Of a DNA stretch of 64,000 nt, positions 15,262 through 25,226 are shown piece by piece; within the stretch, counting starts at the first letter, position 1, and each line of letters opens with the position of its first letter. Below the pieces are notes generated by a model. That model searched no databases. It was not told the origin of the DNA and saw only the letters and a list, made by a program, of their open reading frames with translations. The stretch covers positions 6,984-70,983 of the forward strand of contig JBGVMW010000141.1 in assembly GCA_045125095.1 (NCBI GenBank), written 5' to 3'. Position numbers and translations under genes: made by a program. The stretch is from Lachnospiraceae bacterium. GTDB taxonomy: Bacteria; Bacillota; Clostridia; Lachnospirales; Lachnospiraceae.

Positions 15262-17637
15262 ATGTTTCAGGTAATTAAACGCGATGGAAAAACAGCAGAT
15301 TTTCAGTTGGGAAAGATAAAGGATGCAATTATAAAAGCATTTGTAGCAACGGAACAGCTCTATACAGCTGACATTATAGATTTGCTGGCGCTTCGCGTAA
15401 CGGCAGATTTTAACAGTAAGATAGAGGAGAATGCCATATCTGTAGAAGTAATCCAGGATAGTGTGGAACGTGTTTTGGAGCAGAGTGGCTACACAGAAGT
15501 GGCAAAGGCATACATTTTATATCGCAAAAAAAGAGAGACGGTTCGAAATGTAAGTACCACGATCTTAGATTATAAGGAAATTGTGAACAGCTATGTGAAG
15601 GTTGAAGACTGGCGCGTGAAGGAGAATTCTACCGTGACATATTCAGTCGGTGGCTTGATTCTCAACAATTCCGGAGCCGTAACAGCGAATTACTGGTTGT
15701 CAGAAATTTATGATGAGGAAATAGCAAAAGCCCATAGGAACGCAGATATACATATTCATGATTTATCCATGCTGACAGGATATTGCGCAGGATGGTCATT
15801 GAAGCAGTTGATAAAAGAAGGATTGGGCGGCGTAACTGGCAAGATTACATCCGGACCGGCAAGACATTTATCTGTGCTGTGTACACAGATGGTAAATTTC
15901 TTAGGAATTATGCAGAATGAATGGGCAGGAGCACAGGCATTTTCGTCCTTTGACACCTATCTGGCACCCTTTGTAAAGGTAGACAATCTTTCTTATAGAG
16001 AAGTTAAGAAATGTATTGAGTCATTTATTTATGGAGTCAATACACCAAGCAGATGGGGGAGTCAGGCACCATTTACCAATATTACGTTAGACTGGACTGT
16101 TCCAGCGGATTTGGCAGAGCTTCCAGCAATCGTTGGTGGAGAGGAAATGGATTTCTGTTACAAGGACTGTAAAAAAGAAATGGATATGGTAAACAAAGCC
16201 TTTATCGAAATTATGATTGAAGGCGATTACAATGGTCGTGGCTTCCAGTATCCGATTCCAACTTATTCCATTACCAAGGATTTTGACTGGTCAGATACGG
16301 AAAATAATCGTCTCTTATTTGAAATGACATCAAAATACGGCACACCATATTTTTCGAATTATATTAATAGCGATATGGAGCCAAGTGATGTCCGCAGTAT
16401 GTGTTGTCGTTTGCGTTTGGATTTGCGTGAACTGCGCAAGAAAATGGGTGGATATTTTGGCTCAGGAGAAAGCACCGGTTCCGTTGGTGTGGTTACCATT
16501 AACATGCCAAGAATCGCATATGTATCAAACAGCGAGGAAGAATTTTACCAGCGTCTTGACCGCATGATGGACATTGCAGCACGTTCTTTAAAGACAAAGA
16601 GAACAGTGATTACCAAGCTGTTAGAGGAAGGTTTATATCCATATACAAAGCGATATTTAGGAACCTTTAACAATCATTTCTCTACCATTGGTCTGGTAGG
16701 TATGAATGAAGCATGCTTAAACGCATGCTGGCTTCGCAGAGACTTGACAGAATATGAAGCACAGGAATTCACAAAAAATGTGTTGAATCATATGCGTGAA
16801 CGTCTGTCAGATTATCAGGAATTGTATGGTGATTTGTATAATCTGGAAGCGACTCCGGCAGAATCAACAGCCTATCGTCTGGCAAAACACGATAGAGCAA
16901 AATGGACGGACATCATTACGGCAGGTAACGAGGGAGATGTGCCATATTACACCAACAGCTCTCACTTACCGGTAGAGTACACAGCAGATATATTTGATGC
17001 ATTGGATATTCAGGATGATATGCAGACATTATACACATCCGGTACTGTATTCCATGCATTTATAGGAGAAAAATTACCAGACTGGAAAGCAGCGGCCAAT
17101 CTGGTTCGTAAGATAGCAGAGAATTATAAGTTGCCGTACTACACCTTATCACCAACTTATTCTATCTGTAAAAACCACGGATATTTAGCAGGTGAGCAGA
17201 AGGTATGTCCACACTGTGGCGAGGTAACAGAAGTGTACAGCCGCATCACCGGCTATTACCGTCCTGTTCAAAACTGGAATGAAGGAAAAGCTCAGGAATA
17301 TAAAAACCGAGTCTTATATGACATAGAGCATTCCAAGCTTCATAAGGTAAAGACAAACATTGTAAAAATTACAAAAGACGAGGTGACCATAACACCAACC
17401 GAATCCAAACGCTATCTATTCACCACTAAGCGTTGTCCAAACTGTAAGGTGGCAAAAGATTATTTAGGAGATGTGGATTACCAGATTATTGATGCAGAGG
17501 AAAATGCTGACCTGGTAAAAAAATATAACATCATGATGGCACCAACCCTTGTAATTGAAGAAGGCGGCAATGCAAGAAAATATGTAAATGCGTCCAACAT
17601 AAAGAAGTATGTGGATGAGAGAAAAGTGTTATTATAG
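15262..17637 (+). CDS. nrdD: Anaerobic ribonucleoside-triphosphate reductase NrdD with a C-terminal thioredoxin/glutaredoxin-like extension
   Basis: N-terminal ATP-cone (VIKRDGKTADF), Zn ribbon C..CPHCG, and glycyl-radical motif SRITGYYRPV. An extra ~90 aa carries a CPNC motif. Confidence 0.93.
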   Translation: MFQVIKRDGKTADFQLGKIKDAIIKAFVATEQLYTADIIDLLALRVTADFNSKIEENAISVEVIQDSVERVLEQSGYTEVAKAYILYRKKRETVRNVSTTILDYKEIVNSYVKVEDWRVKENSTVTYSVGGLILNNSGAVTANYWLSEIYDEEIAKAHRNADIHIHDLSMLTGYCAGWSLKQLIKEGLGGVTGKITSGPARHLSVLCTQMVNFLGIMQNEWAGAQAFSSFDTYLAPFVKVDNLSYREVKKCIESFIYGVNTPSRWGSQAPFTNITLDWTVPADLAELPAIVGGEEMDFCYKDCKKEMDMVNKAFIEIMIEGDYNGRGFQYPIPTYSITKDFDWSDTENNRLLFEMTSKYGTPYFSNYINSDMEPSDVRSMCCRLRLDLRELRKKMGGYFGSGESTGSVGVVTINMPRIAYVSNSEEEFYQRLDRMMDIAARSLKTKRTVITKLLEEGLYPYTKRYLGTFNNHFSTIGLVGMNEACLNACWLRRDLTEYEAQEFTKNVLNHMRERLSDYQELYGDLYNLEATPAESTAYRLAKHDRAKWTDIITAGNEGDVPYYTNSSHLPVEYTADIFDALDIQDDMQTLYTSGTVFHAFIGEKLPDWKAAANLVRKIAENYKLPYYTLSPTYSICKNHGYLAGEQKVCPHCGEVTEVYSRITGYYRPVQNWNEGKAQEYKNRVLYDIEHSKLHKVKTNIVKITKDEVTITPTESKRYLFTTKRCPNCKVAKDYLGDVDYQIIDAEENADLVKKYNIMMAPTLVIEEGGNARKYVNASNIKKYVDERKVLL

Positions 17638-17736
17638 TTATTAGAACAAATTATATACTAGTACAACGAATAATGAATAACTGGTTTACAAAAAAGGCAT
17701 GAGGAATAACATCCCCATGCCTTCTTTTTACATGAA

Positions 17737-17943
17737 TTACTTGCCAGACATCTGTCTTTCCTGAGCAGCAATCATCTTCTTAACCATCTCGCCACCGATA
17801 GAACCAGCCTGAGCAGATGTTAAGTCACCGTTGTAACCTTCTTTTAAAGGTACCCCAAGTTCATTAGCTACCTCAGTTTTGAAACGATCCATAGCTGCCT
17901 TCGCTTCAGGAACTTCCATTCTGTTAGAACTGTTGCTTGCCAT
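17737..17943 (-). CDS. Alpha/beta-type small acid-soluble spore protein
   Basis: 68 aa with KTEVANELGV and GDLTSAQAGSIGGEMVKKMI, the canonical SASP motifs. Confidence 0.9.
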   Translation of the reverse strand: MASNSSNRMEVPEAKAAMDRFKTEVANELGVPLKEGYNGDLTSAQAGSIGGEMVKKMIAAQERQMSGK

Positions 17944-18179
17944 ACGTTACACCTCCATGTTAGAAAATTATCTATTTTGAAGACAAGTGTTTCCATCACT
18001 TATCTTCAAATTTCTGAATTCGCTTCCACGACCTTTGTTTGAATTACGTGCTTTGTTATCACTTATCTTGGTACTAGTATCTGCTGTAATCAAAAAAATA
18101 TAATGGTAAATCTTGTAATAGGAATGAAGAAAGAAAAGCTAGCATAAGTATATATGAAAAAGAAAAAGAGTTGTGCAGG

Positions 18180-18383
18180 ATGCTGAAAAAAAGTAGAGCA
18201 GGAAAAATTCTTACCATGTTATTAAGAGGCTTATCAGGCTGTATAGGAATTATATTTTTAAATGAATGGATGATTTTGCAGGATATGTCATGCCGAATCG
18301 GTTTAAATCCAATTAGTGTATTGTTCATTATTTTCCTTGGATTTCCAGGGTTTATATTGCTCTTTGCGTTAAATTTTATTTAA
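18180..18383 (+). CDS. bofA: BofA-like pro-sigma-K processing inhibitor
   Basis: Small 2-TM protein with ...RIGLNPISVLFIIFLGFPGFILLF, resembling BofA family members. Confidence 0.65.
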   Translation: MLKKSRAGKILTMLLRGLSGCIGIIFLNEWMILQDMSCRIGLNPISVLFIIFLGFPGFILLFALNFI

Positions 18384-18627
18384 ATTTTGTAAAAATAAGA
18401 GAAATTTAAAAAAACGGATTTATCAAATCTATCAATAGATTTTTCTAATAAAAATCAGTATACTAAAGATATCCTTAAGGGGGAGAACATCATCCCGTCA
18501 AAAGAGAATCATCGGGATATAGAATCTGTTTTGCTCAAACAAATTTTCCGGAAAAAGAAGTAGTAAACGAAGGAGGGATACCGTTGGAGTTGCAAAGATA
18601 GCTGATTATAGTTTTGGGATTGTATTA

Positions 18628-19089
18628 TTGATTGCTGCTGTGATGGATTGCAATTACAGACGAATACCGAATGCATGTATTGTGGCAGGCGGTGTGATGG
18701 GTTTGCTTATGCAGGGAATCCAGTATAGTGTAAGTGGCATTGTCAATTGGGTGTTTGCTTGCGTGATTGTGTTTGCACTGGGGATTCCGTTGTATTTCCT
18801 GCATCAATTAGGGGCTGGAGATTGTAAATTATGTATGGTTACGGCAGGTTTTTTGGGTATTAATAAAGGAGCAGTGTGCCTTGGCATGGCATTTATAGTA
18901 GCAGGAATCTGGGCAATTATGGTAATCGCAGTTTTGGTGGTGAGAAAATTGCGTGAGACAGGCTTTGTGCTATGTGTTCAAAATTTATATTATCAGAAGC
19001 GGATGTTTCTGGAAAATGGATGGAGAAAACGCACACTTCCAATGGCAGTACCTGTGTTTCTGTCGTATCTGATGTGTATGTTTTTGTAA
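18628..19089 (+). CDS. A24-family prepilin peptidase (TadV/CpaA-like), copy 1
   Basis: Polytopic membrane protein with two Asp motifs, VMDCNYRRIPN and LGAGDCKL. It has a TTG start. Confidence 0.8.
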   Translation: MIAAVMDCNYRRIPNACIVAGGVMGLLMQGIQYSVSGIVNWVFACVIVFALGIPLYFLHQLGAGDCKLCMVTAGFLGINKGAVCLGMAFIVAGIWAIMVIAVLVVRKLRETGFVLCVQNLYYQKRMFLENGWRKRTLPMAVPVFLSYLMCMFL

Positions 19090-19154
19090 AAAGTAGATGA
19101 ATGGTAAGTATGAGGGTAGAAATCGTTACATTAAATTTATGATTAGGAGAAAGT

Positions 19155-20156
19155 GTGAAAGAAAAAATACTTGCGATTGTCAATCGCGACAAAGTCTATG
19201 CAGACAGGTTGGCATCCTATCTGGAGAGTCAGGAGACAATTCCTTTATATCCCCATGTATTTGTCAATGCAGACGAATGTAAAAAGTACATAGAACAACA
19301 TCCTGTAGAGATGATATTGGTGGATCAGGAACAGAAAGAGGCGTTTCGTCAACATACAAAACGGGTTATGCTTCTGTCGGAGGATAAACTGGTGACTAAG
19401 AAGGAAGAATTCGTCTATGTGTATAAATATCAGAGAGCAGATCGGCTGGTTTGTTCCCTGTTAGAGTGGTATGTGCAATCGCTGTCGGGAAGTGCTGGAT
19501 GGAAATATAACATGGCTGAAAAGAAAATAGTTGGAATCTATTCTCCTGTGAATCGCTGTGGAAAGACTACATTTGGATTGTTATACAGCAGGATGCTGGC
19601 AAGAAAACAAAAGGTATTGTTTATGAATTTAGAGCCATTTTCAGGTCTGTCCGGAAGATTCGATTTTCATGAAGATGGAAATTTGTCCGATGTGCTGTAT
19701 TACATAAAAGAGCGAAAGGAGACCATTTTCCATTATATCCAGACAGCAGTAGAAAAGCGTGATGGACTGTATATTTTACCTCCGGTGCTGGTTCAGTCGG
19801 ATATTGGTGCATTGGAGGAGGAAGATTGGAATTGGTTTTTTAGCGAACTTGTGGGAAAGAGTGATTATGATGTCATTGTTGTAGAATTAAGCAACAGTAT
19901 GCGCGATATGCAGGTGGGTTTTCAGGAATGCAGTAAATTATTAGTGCCATCTTTAAGAGACTACTCATCAGCGGTCAAGATAGAGGAATTGAAAAAATAT
20001 CTTGAAAAAACAGGACAGCAGAAATGCTTAAGTGTGATGGAGATTCTTTATTTACCTAAGGTGAATGCATGGGGAAATGAGGAAGAACTCTGGTCTTGTA
20101 TGAATGAGGAATACACGGAATATTTGACAGCATTGGTTGAAAAAGAACAGGAGTAA
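19155..20156 (+). CDS. TadZ/CpaE-like protein: atypical receiver domain plus ParA/MinD-type ATPase
   Basis: The N-terminus is REC-like (KILAIVNRD...MILVDQE). Walker A is IVGIYSPVNRCGKTTFG and the Walker B-like segment is YDVIVVEL. Confidence 0.75.
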   Translation: MKEKILAIVNRDKVYADRLASYLESQETIPLYPHVFVNADECKKYIEQHPVEMILVDQEQKEAFRQHTKRVMLLSEDKLVTKKEEFVYVYKYQRADRLVCSLLEWYVQSLSGSAGWKYNMAEKKIVGIYSPVNRCGKTTFGLLYSRMLARKQKVLFMNLEPFSGLSGRFDFHEDGNLSDVLYYIKERKETIFHYIQTAVEKRDGLYILPPVLVQSDIGALEEEDWNWFFSELVGKSDYDVIVVELSNSMRDMQVGFQECSKLLVPSLRDYSSAVKIEELKKYLEKTGQQKCLSVMEILYLPKVNAWGNEEELWSCMNEEYTEYLTALVEKEQE

Positions 20157-20157
20157 T

Positions 20158-21384
20158 ATGCAGAGCGAGAAAATGGAAGTGTGGAAAACACAGCTACAAG
20201 AGTATTTTTACAATGAGGTGGATATCACAAGGGAGGTGACTGACGAGGAGATATCGGAAATGCTGAATGCAGGATTACATGCATTGGCAAAGGAATGTTA
20301 TATCAGTGTGCTGGAAAGGCAGATAGTAAAGAAGAATGTATTTTATGCCGTTCGAAAACTGGATGTATTGCAGACATTGCTTGATGATGATTCGATTACA
20401 GAAATTATGATTAATGGATATGATACCATATATGTGGAACGGGCGGGCAGATTGTTTCGATGGGACAAAACATTTGATTCAAAAGAAAAACTAGAAGATG
20501 TGGTGCAGCAGATTACATCTGCCTGTAACCGTACAGTTAACGAAGCATCGCCTATTGTAGATGCGAGACTTCCTAATGGAGCCAGAGTAAATGTTGTATT
20601 GCCACCAGTAGCATTAAATGGACCAATTGTCACCATTCGAAGATTTCCGGAGCATCCAATACAAATGGAAGACTTAATCCGTTTTGGAGCCTTGGATAAA
20701 GAGGTGGCAGATTTTTTAAAAATGTTAGTAAAGGCAAAATACAATATTTTTATCAGCGGTGGAACCGGTTCAGGTAAGACAACTTTTTTAAATGCTTTGT
20801 CCTCCTTTATTCCATCAGAAGAGCGTATTATTACCATTGAAGATAGTGCAGAATTGCAAATTCAGGGAATTGGTAATCTGGTACGATTAGAAACCAGGGC
20901 AATGAATGGCGAAGGCAGCAGGGAGATTACAATTCGGGATTTGATAAAGGCATCCTTGCGTATGCGGCCGGACAGAGTGGTGGTTGGAGAAATCAGAGGT
21001 GCCGAGGCGGTGGATTTATTAAGTGCAATGAATACAGGACACGATGGATCGCTTAGTACAGGTCATGGAAACTCCCCCGGAGATATGTTAAGTCGCATGG
21101 AAACGATGGTATTGATGGGGATGGATATTCCACTAGAATCTGTGCGAAGGCAGATTGCATCTGCGATTGATATTATGGTACATCTTGGACGATTGCGGGA
21201 TAAGAGTAGAAAGGTGTTGGAAATTAGTGAAATTACAGGTATGGATAATGGAGAAATTCAAATCCGTCCACTGTATATATTTGAAGAAGAAAAAGAAGTG
21301 GAAGGAAAAATTCTGGGCAAATTGGTTTCAAAACAAAGTCTTTTCGCTGTGGACAAGCTTAAGGCAGCAGGACTGTACCAGTAA
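20158..21384 (+). CDS. CpaF/TadA-family secretion ATPase
   Basis: Walker A ISGGTGSGKTTFLNA, Asp box ITIEDSAEL, Walker B RPDRVVVGEIRG and His box GHDGSLSTGHGNS. Confidence 0.92.
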   Translation: MQSEKMEVWKTQLQEYFYNEVDITREVTDEEISEMLNAGLHALAKECYISVLERQIVKKNVFYAVRKLDVLQTLLDDDSITEIMINGYDTIYVERAGRLFRWDKTFDSKEKLEDVVQQITSACNRTVNEASPIVDARLPNGARVNVVLPPVALNGPIVTIRRFPEHPIQMEDLIRFGALDKEVADFLKMLVKAKYNIFISGGTGSGKTTFLNALSSFIPSEERIITIEDSAELQIQGIGNLVRLETRAMNGEGSREITIRDLIKASLRMRPDRVVVGEIRGAEAVDLLSAMNTGHDGSLSTGHGNSPGDMLSRMETMVLMGMDIPLESVRRQIASAIDIMVHLGRLRDKSRKVLEISEITGMDNGEIQIRPLYIFEEEKEVEGKILGKLVSKQSLFAVDKLKAAGLYQ

Positions 21385-21400
21385 TACACATGGAGAAAGA

Positions 21401-22135
21401 TTGTATGAACAATATACATTATCCAGAAAAGAATGGATAATTCTGATTGGAAAATATATTGGATTTGCTGGTATTACCGGCTATTTATTCTACCGTTCTG
21501 TATTGGCATCTATGGCATTATTTCTGTTAATGATTCCCGGTTATCAAAAAGAAAAAACGCGGAAAGTGGCACAACGCAAAGCTCTTTTAAAATCCCAGTT
21601 TAAGGATGGTATATTAGCTGTCAGTAGTGCGTTGCAGGCTGGGTATTCTGTAGAAAACGGATTTCGTGAGGCTGTGAAAGACTTGATACGCATGTATGGG
21701 GAAGATGGGCTTCTTACAGAAGAATTTTTAATTTTATGTCATAAGATGGAACAGAATGAAAGTATTGAAGTAGCATTGGATAATTTGGCGTGGAGAAGTG
21801 GGATTGAGGAAATCAAAAGTTTTGCAGAGGTATTTCATGCGGGGAAAAGAGCTGGGGGAGATTTGGGCGTCATGATACGTGATACCGCAGATATTATTAG
21901 TATGAAGATAGAGGTGGAAGAAGAAATACAGACCATTCTCACAGGAAAACAAATGGAGGAGAAGGTTATGCGTCTGGTTCCATTTTGTATCATCTTTTAT
22001 ATTGATGTTACATCTCCTGGATTTTTTTCCGTTATGTATGGAAATATAACTGGAGTTCTCATTATGTCGGCGTGTCTTCTGGTGTATGGTTTTGCAGTCT
22101 GGCTTGGAGAACGGATTATGAATATTTCCATGTAG
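21401..22135 (+). CDS. TadB-like type II secretion system F-family membrane protein
   Basis: T2SSF-like fold (LKSQFKDGILAVSSALQAGYSVENGFREA). TTG 21401 has a GGAG RBS. The longer track ORF overlaps cpaF and is not used. Confidence 0.78.
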   Translation: MYEQYTLSRKEWIILIGKYIGFAGITGYLFYRSVLASMALFLLMIPGYQKEKTRKVAQRKALLKSQFKDGILAVSSALQAGYSVENGFREAVKDLIRMYGEDGLLTEEFLILCHKMEQNESIEVALDNLAWRSGIEEIKSFAEVFHAGKRAGGDLGVMIRDTADIISMKIEVEEEIQTILTGKQMEEKVMRLVPFCIIFYIDVTSPGFFSVMYGNITGVLIMSACLLVYGFAVWLGERIMNISM

Positions 22136-22151
22136 ATGTGAGGTGAAAAAA

Positions 22152-23507
22152 GTGAAGACAGTAAAGAAAATTTCCCGTGGGATCTACGTGTGGATGTGTC
22201 ATCATACGATTACTAAAAATCTGGTATCAAAAAAATTAGTATATAAACAGTACCATATCTTAGCTCCTGGAAAAGTAAAAGAACAGGTTGCAGCATTTTA
22301 TGAAAAGAAAATTACTTGCATTTTAGTTGTATTTTTTGCGACGGTTGCTATTTGTATCATAGCAATTCTTACAGAGGAGGATACATTGTCTCAAGGAATG
22401 CTGTACCGAAACAATTATAATCAAGGGGAAAAGGCAGAAGAATTACTGGCGAAGATACCAGAATTAGATGCAGAAAAGGATATGGAAATCATACTCAGCG
22501 AAAGACAGTACTCTGAGGAACAGGCAAAAGAATATCTGCAAAAAGTAAAGTTGGATTTAGAGAAAGAAATCCTTGGAGAAAATGTAGCTTTGGGTGAGGT
22601 TAGTCATAATCTGAATCTTGTAGGAAAAATGAATGGCTATCCGGTAAGCATTGCATGGGAGACTTCGGATGATACCATTGTGAACGAAGATGGAGAGCTT
22701 ATAAGGGAAGATATTCCGGAAATTGGATTACACTGTACGCTCACAGCAACGCTATCCTGTGGAGAAATAAAGGAATCACTGCAATATGAAATATGCGTAA
22801 AGCCACCTATTAGGACAATAGAGGAAGAAGTGTTTCTTGGTTTGCAGAAAGCAATTAAGGAAGCGGATGTAAAACAGGATGAGGAGATAACATTGGTTCT
22901 GCCCACAGAAGTACAGGGATATGACATTGTGTATGAAAGAAAAGAGATGAACCACTGGTTAATGTTTTTGTTGCTTGGATGCGTGGCAATGTTTATGATA
23001 TCGGCTGGAATGGAAAAAGACTTAGATAAAGCCATTAAGGAACGGGAAAGGTGTATGAAAGAGGAGTACCCGGAGATGGTTAGTATGTTTAGTATGTTGA
23101 TATGTGCCGGTATGACAGTAAAGGGGGCGTTTCAAAAAATAGCTTATGAGTATGAGGAAACAAAAGTTAAGCAGAAGAAATATCTTTTAGAAGAAATGTT
23201 ATATGCCTGCAGACAGATGCAATGTGGGACAGCAGAAATTAAGGCATATGAGCAATTTGGCAGACGGTGTGGAACATCTTCCTGCAATAAATTTTCCGCA
23301 TTGCTAATACAACATGTAAAGAAGGGAAGCAGAGGTCTTAGTGAAACGTTAAAGCAGGAGGCTGCTTATGCCATGGCAGAAAAGAAAAATGGTGCCAAGC
23401 GGTTAGGCGAGGAAGCATCAACCAAGTTACTGCTGCCTATGGGTTTGATGCTTGTTGTGGTTTTAGTCATCATTATGGTGCCGGCAATGTTTTCTTTTAC
23501 CGTTTAG
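22152..23507 (+). CDS. TadC-like T2SSF-family membrane protein with a ~270-aa N-terminal extension
   Basis: The C-terminal third (MVSMFSMLICAGMTVKGAFQKIAYEY...LLLPMGLMLVVVL) is T2SSF-like. The N-terminal part has one TM and an extracytoplasmic region. GTG 22152 follows GAGGTG. GTG 22143 is an alternative start. Confidence 0.72.
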   Translation: MKTVKKISRGIYVWMCHHTITKNLVSKKLVYKQYHILAPGKVKEQVAAFYEKKITCILVVFFATVAICIIAILTEEDTLSQGMLYRNNYNQGEKAEELLAKIPELDAEKDMEIILSERQYSEEQAKEYLQKVKLDLEKEILGENVALGEVSHNLNLVGKMNGYPVSIAWETSDDTIVNEDGELIREDIPEIGLHCTLTATLSCGEIKESLQYEICVKPPIRTIEEEVFLGLQKAIKEADVKQDEEITLVLPTEVQGYDIVYERKEMNHWLMFLLLGCVAMFMISAGMEKDLDKAIKERERCMKEEYPEMVSMFSMLICAGMTVKGAFQKIAYEYEETKVKQKKYLLEEMLYACRQMQCGTAEIKAYEQFGRRCGTSSCNKFSALLIQHVKKGSRGLSETLKQEAAYAMAEKKNGAKRLGEEASTKLLLPMGLMLVVVLVIIMVPAMFSFTV

Positions 23508-23584
23508 TTGCATGTCATATTTCCAGGGACATGTAGTTTGTAGGAATGCACTTTCAAATAAGTACTGGGAAAGGGGGTGAGTGT

Positions 23585-23752
23585 ATGCAGTGGTTAAAGA
23601 GATTCTGGGAGGAAGAAGATGGTATGGGTACCATAGAGATGATATTAATCATCGTAATCATTATTGCCTTGGTCATTGTATTCCGTAAGAAGTTAAATTC
23701 ATTAATTAATACCCTATTTAGTAGAATCAATGGCGATATTAAGGAGGTATAG
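23585..23752 (+). CDS. Flp-family type IVb pilin precursor
   Basis: 55 aa: MQWLKRFWEEEDG/MGTIEMILIIVIIIALVIVF. It has a G/xxxxE(M) processing motif with Glu at +5, followed by a hydrophobic helix. Confidence 0.75.
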   Translation: MQWLKRFWEEEDGMGTIEMILIIVIIIALVIVFRKKLNSLINTLFSRINGDIKEV

Positions 23753-23758
23753 TAGAGG

Positions 23759-25141
23759 ATGAAGGGACACATAACCATATTTTTATGTCTGATTATGACA
23801 GTGACCTGTTCACTTGTATATACCATAGTAGAGGGATGCCAAATACAGGCTTTGAAATGGAAAATGGAAGTAAGAACAGAACTGGATACCAATTATCTGC
23901 TATCCTACTATGATACCGTATTACGGGAAAAGTATGGTGTGTTTTTTCTCTCTGGCATGGACAGTGAGTCCCTTTCGAAGTTGTTAGAGAACTGTTCTGA
24001 GGAGTCTGGGAAAAGGCAGGCAGGCTCCTCAGATTATCTGGGAATGGAGATTACTGATATTGGAATTGATGGAGTAGTGTTAGCAACCGATAACAATGGC
24101 AGACCGTTTTTTGACCAGGCAGTCAAAGAAGAATACCAATATTTAGGAGAGGACGTTTCTGGGATGGTAGAAGATTTTCTTTCGTGGACAAGTCTGTTAG
24201 AAAAAGCAGATAAGAAAGAGACTGAAGGTGAGAAAATAAAAAATCAAAAGGTGGAGCTTGATCCGGAAACGAAAATTGATGAAGCAGAAAAGAAGAAGGC
24301 GGAGGAGCTAACGAATCCTGCGGATGTTGCGGAAGAATTGAAAAAAGATCAGAATGCTTGTTGGTTTGGTGATATCTCAGTATCTCAGAAAAAGGTAAAT
24401 ACAAGCACAGCATTAAGTAGACGTAAGCGAGAAAAAGGTAATCTTACATATGGGGCAGATGAGAATATTACGCAAACGGACAGGATTGTATATTTGGCTT
24501 ATTTAATGAGACATTTTTCTACTTATCAAAATCCTAATGATGAAGGAACCTTGTCCTATGAAATGGAGTACATATTGAAAGGAAAAAATTCTGACCGAAA
24601 AAATGTAGAGGCTGTAGCGTTGGATATTTTAACTATTAGGGAAGCGTGTAATTTTATGTATTTGCTGAGTAATCAGGAAATGAGACAACAGGCAGAGGTA
24701 TTAGCGGTAGCTTTGACTGGATATTTAGGAAATGGTCTTGTAGTAAAGGTAACAGAATATTTGATTTTATTTGCATGGGCAGGCGGGGAAAGCGTGTTAG
24801 ATGTAAAAAATTTATTGCAGGAAAAAAAGGTTCCATTGATGAAGAATGAAGAAACATGGCAGTTGTCGCTGACAGGCATGACAGATACGTCGTCGGTTAT
24901 GAACGAAAGAAAAGAAGCAAAGGGTGGGTTATGCTATGAAGATTACCTTAAAATCTTATTGTTTCATTCTGCGGAGCGGCAATTGATTTTGCGCGCTATG
25001 GATGTTATGGAATGGGAGGTGCAGCGAATTGCAGAAGATAATACTTTTAAAATGGACGAGTGTGTAGGTGGCTTTCAGACAACATACCAATATCAAAGTA
25101 ATGGTCAGGAATATGTATATGAAAAAATAGCAGGTTATTAG
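23759..25141 (+). CDS. Tad-locus protein of unknown function (N-terminal TM, 460 aa)
   Basis: A single N-terminal hydrophobic segment and a Lys/Glu-rich middle region. It is translationally packed behind flp. Confidence 0.55.
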   Translation: MKGHITIFLCLIMTVTCSLVYTIVEGCQIQALKWKMEVRTELDTNYLLSYYDTVLREKYGVFFLSGMDSESLSKLLENCSEESGKRQAGSSDYLGMEITDIGIDGVVLATDNNGRPFFDQAVKEEYQYLGEDVSGMVEDFLSWTSLLEKADKKETEGEKIKNQKVELDPETKIDEAEKKKAEELTNPADVAEELKKDQNACWFGDISVSQKKVNTSTALSRRKREKGNLTYGADENITQTDRIVYLAYLMRHFSTYQNPNDEGTLSYEMEYILKGKNSDRKNVEAVALDILTIREACNFMYLLSNQEMRQQAEVLAVALTGYLGNGLVVKVTEYLILFAWAGGESVLDVKNLLQEKKVPLMKNEETWQLSLTGMTDTSSVMNERKEAKGGLCYEDYLKILLFHSAERQLILRAMDVMEWEVQRIAEDNTFKMDECVGGFQTTYQYQSNGQEYVYEKIAGY

Positions 25142-25226
25142 TATATGGAAAATTGCCTTCAGCACGAGGTATTGATTTGTAGGAATGAATTTTTAAACGT
25201 GTGTTAGGAAAGGAGGGAATGAACCG

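Noticed and set aside
17944-18075. Sigma-G/forespore promoter upstream of the SASP gene
   Set aside because: One is expected biologically, but I could not place convincing -35/-10 elements by eye. Only a 13-bp inverted repeat is clear (TTGAAGACAAGTG/CACTTATCTTCAA, ~17975-18007) in the leader region.
18384-18627. Possible riboswitch (for example c-di-GMP) in the ~240-nt region upstream of the tad operon
   Set aside because: Only a small hairpin is visible (ATATCC...GGATAT with inner CCCG/CGGG). I see none of the conserved GEMM-I/II core sequences I know. An Rfam scan would be needed.
20343-20837. 164-aa ORF antisense to cpaF
   Set aside because: It is embedded in a highly conserved ATPase gene and shows no independent signals.
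21155-21400. N-terminal 82 codons of the 326-aa track ORF overlapping the 3' end of cpaF
   Set aside because: This stretch is an out-of-frame read-through of cpaF. The TadB-like sequence begins only after the cpaF stop, where TTG 21401 has a GGAG RBS.
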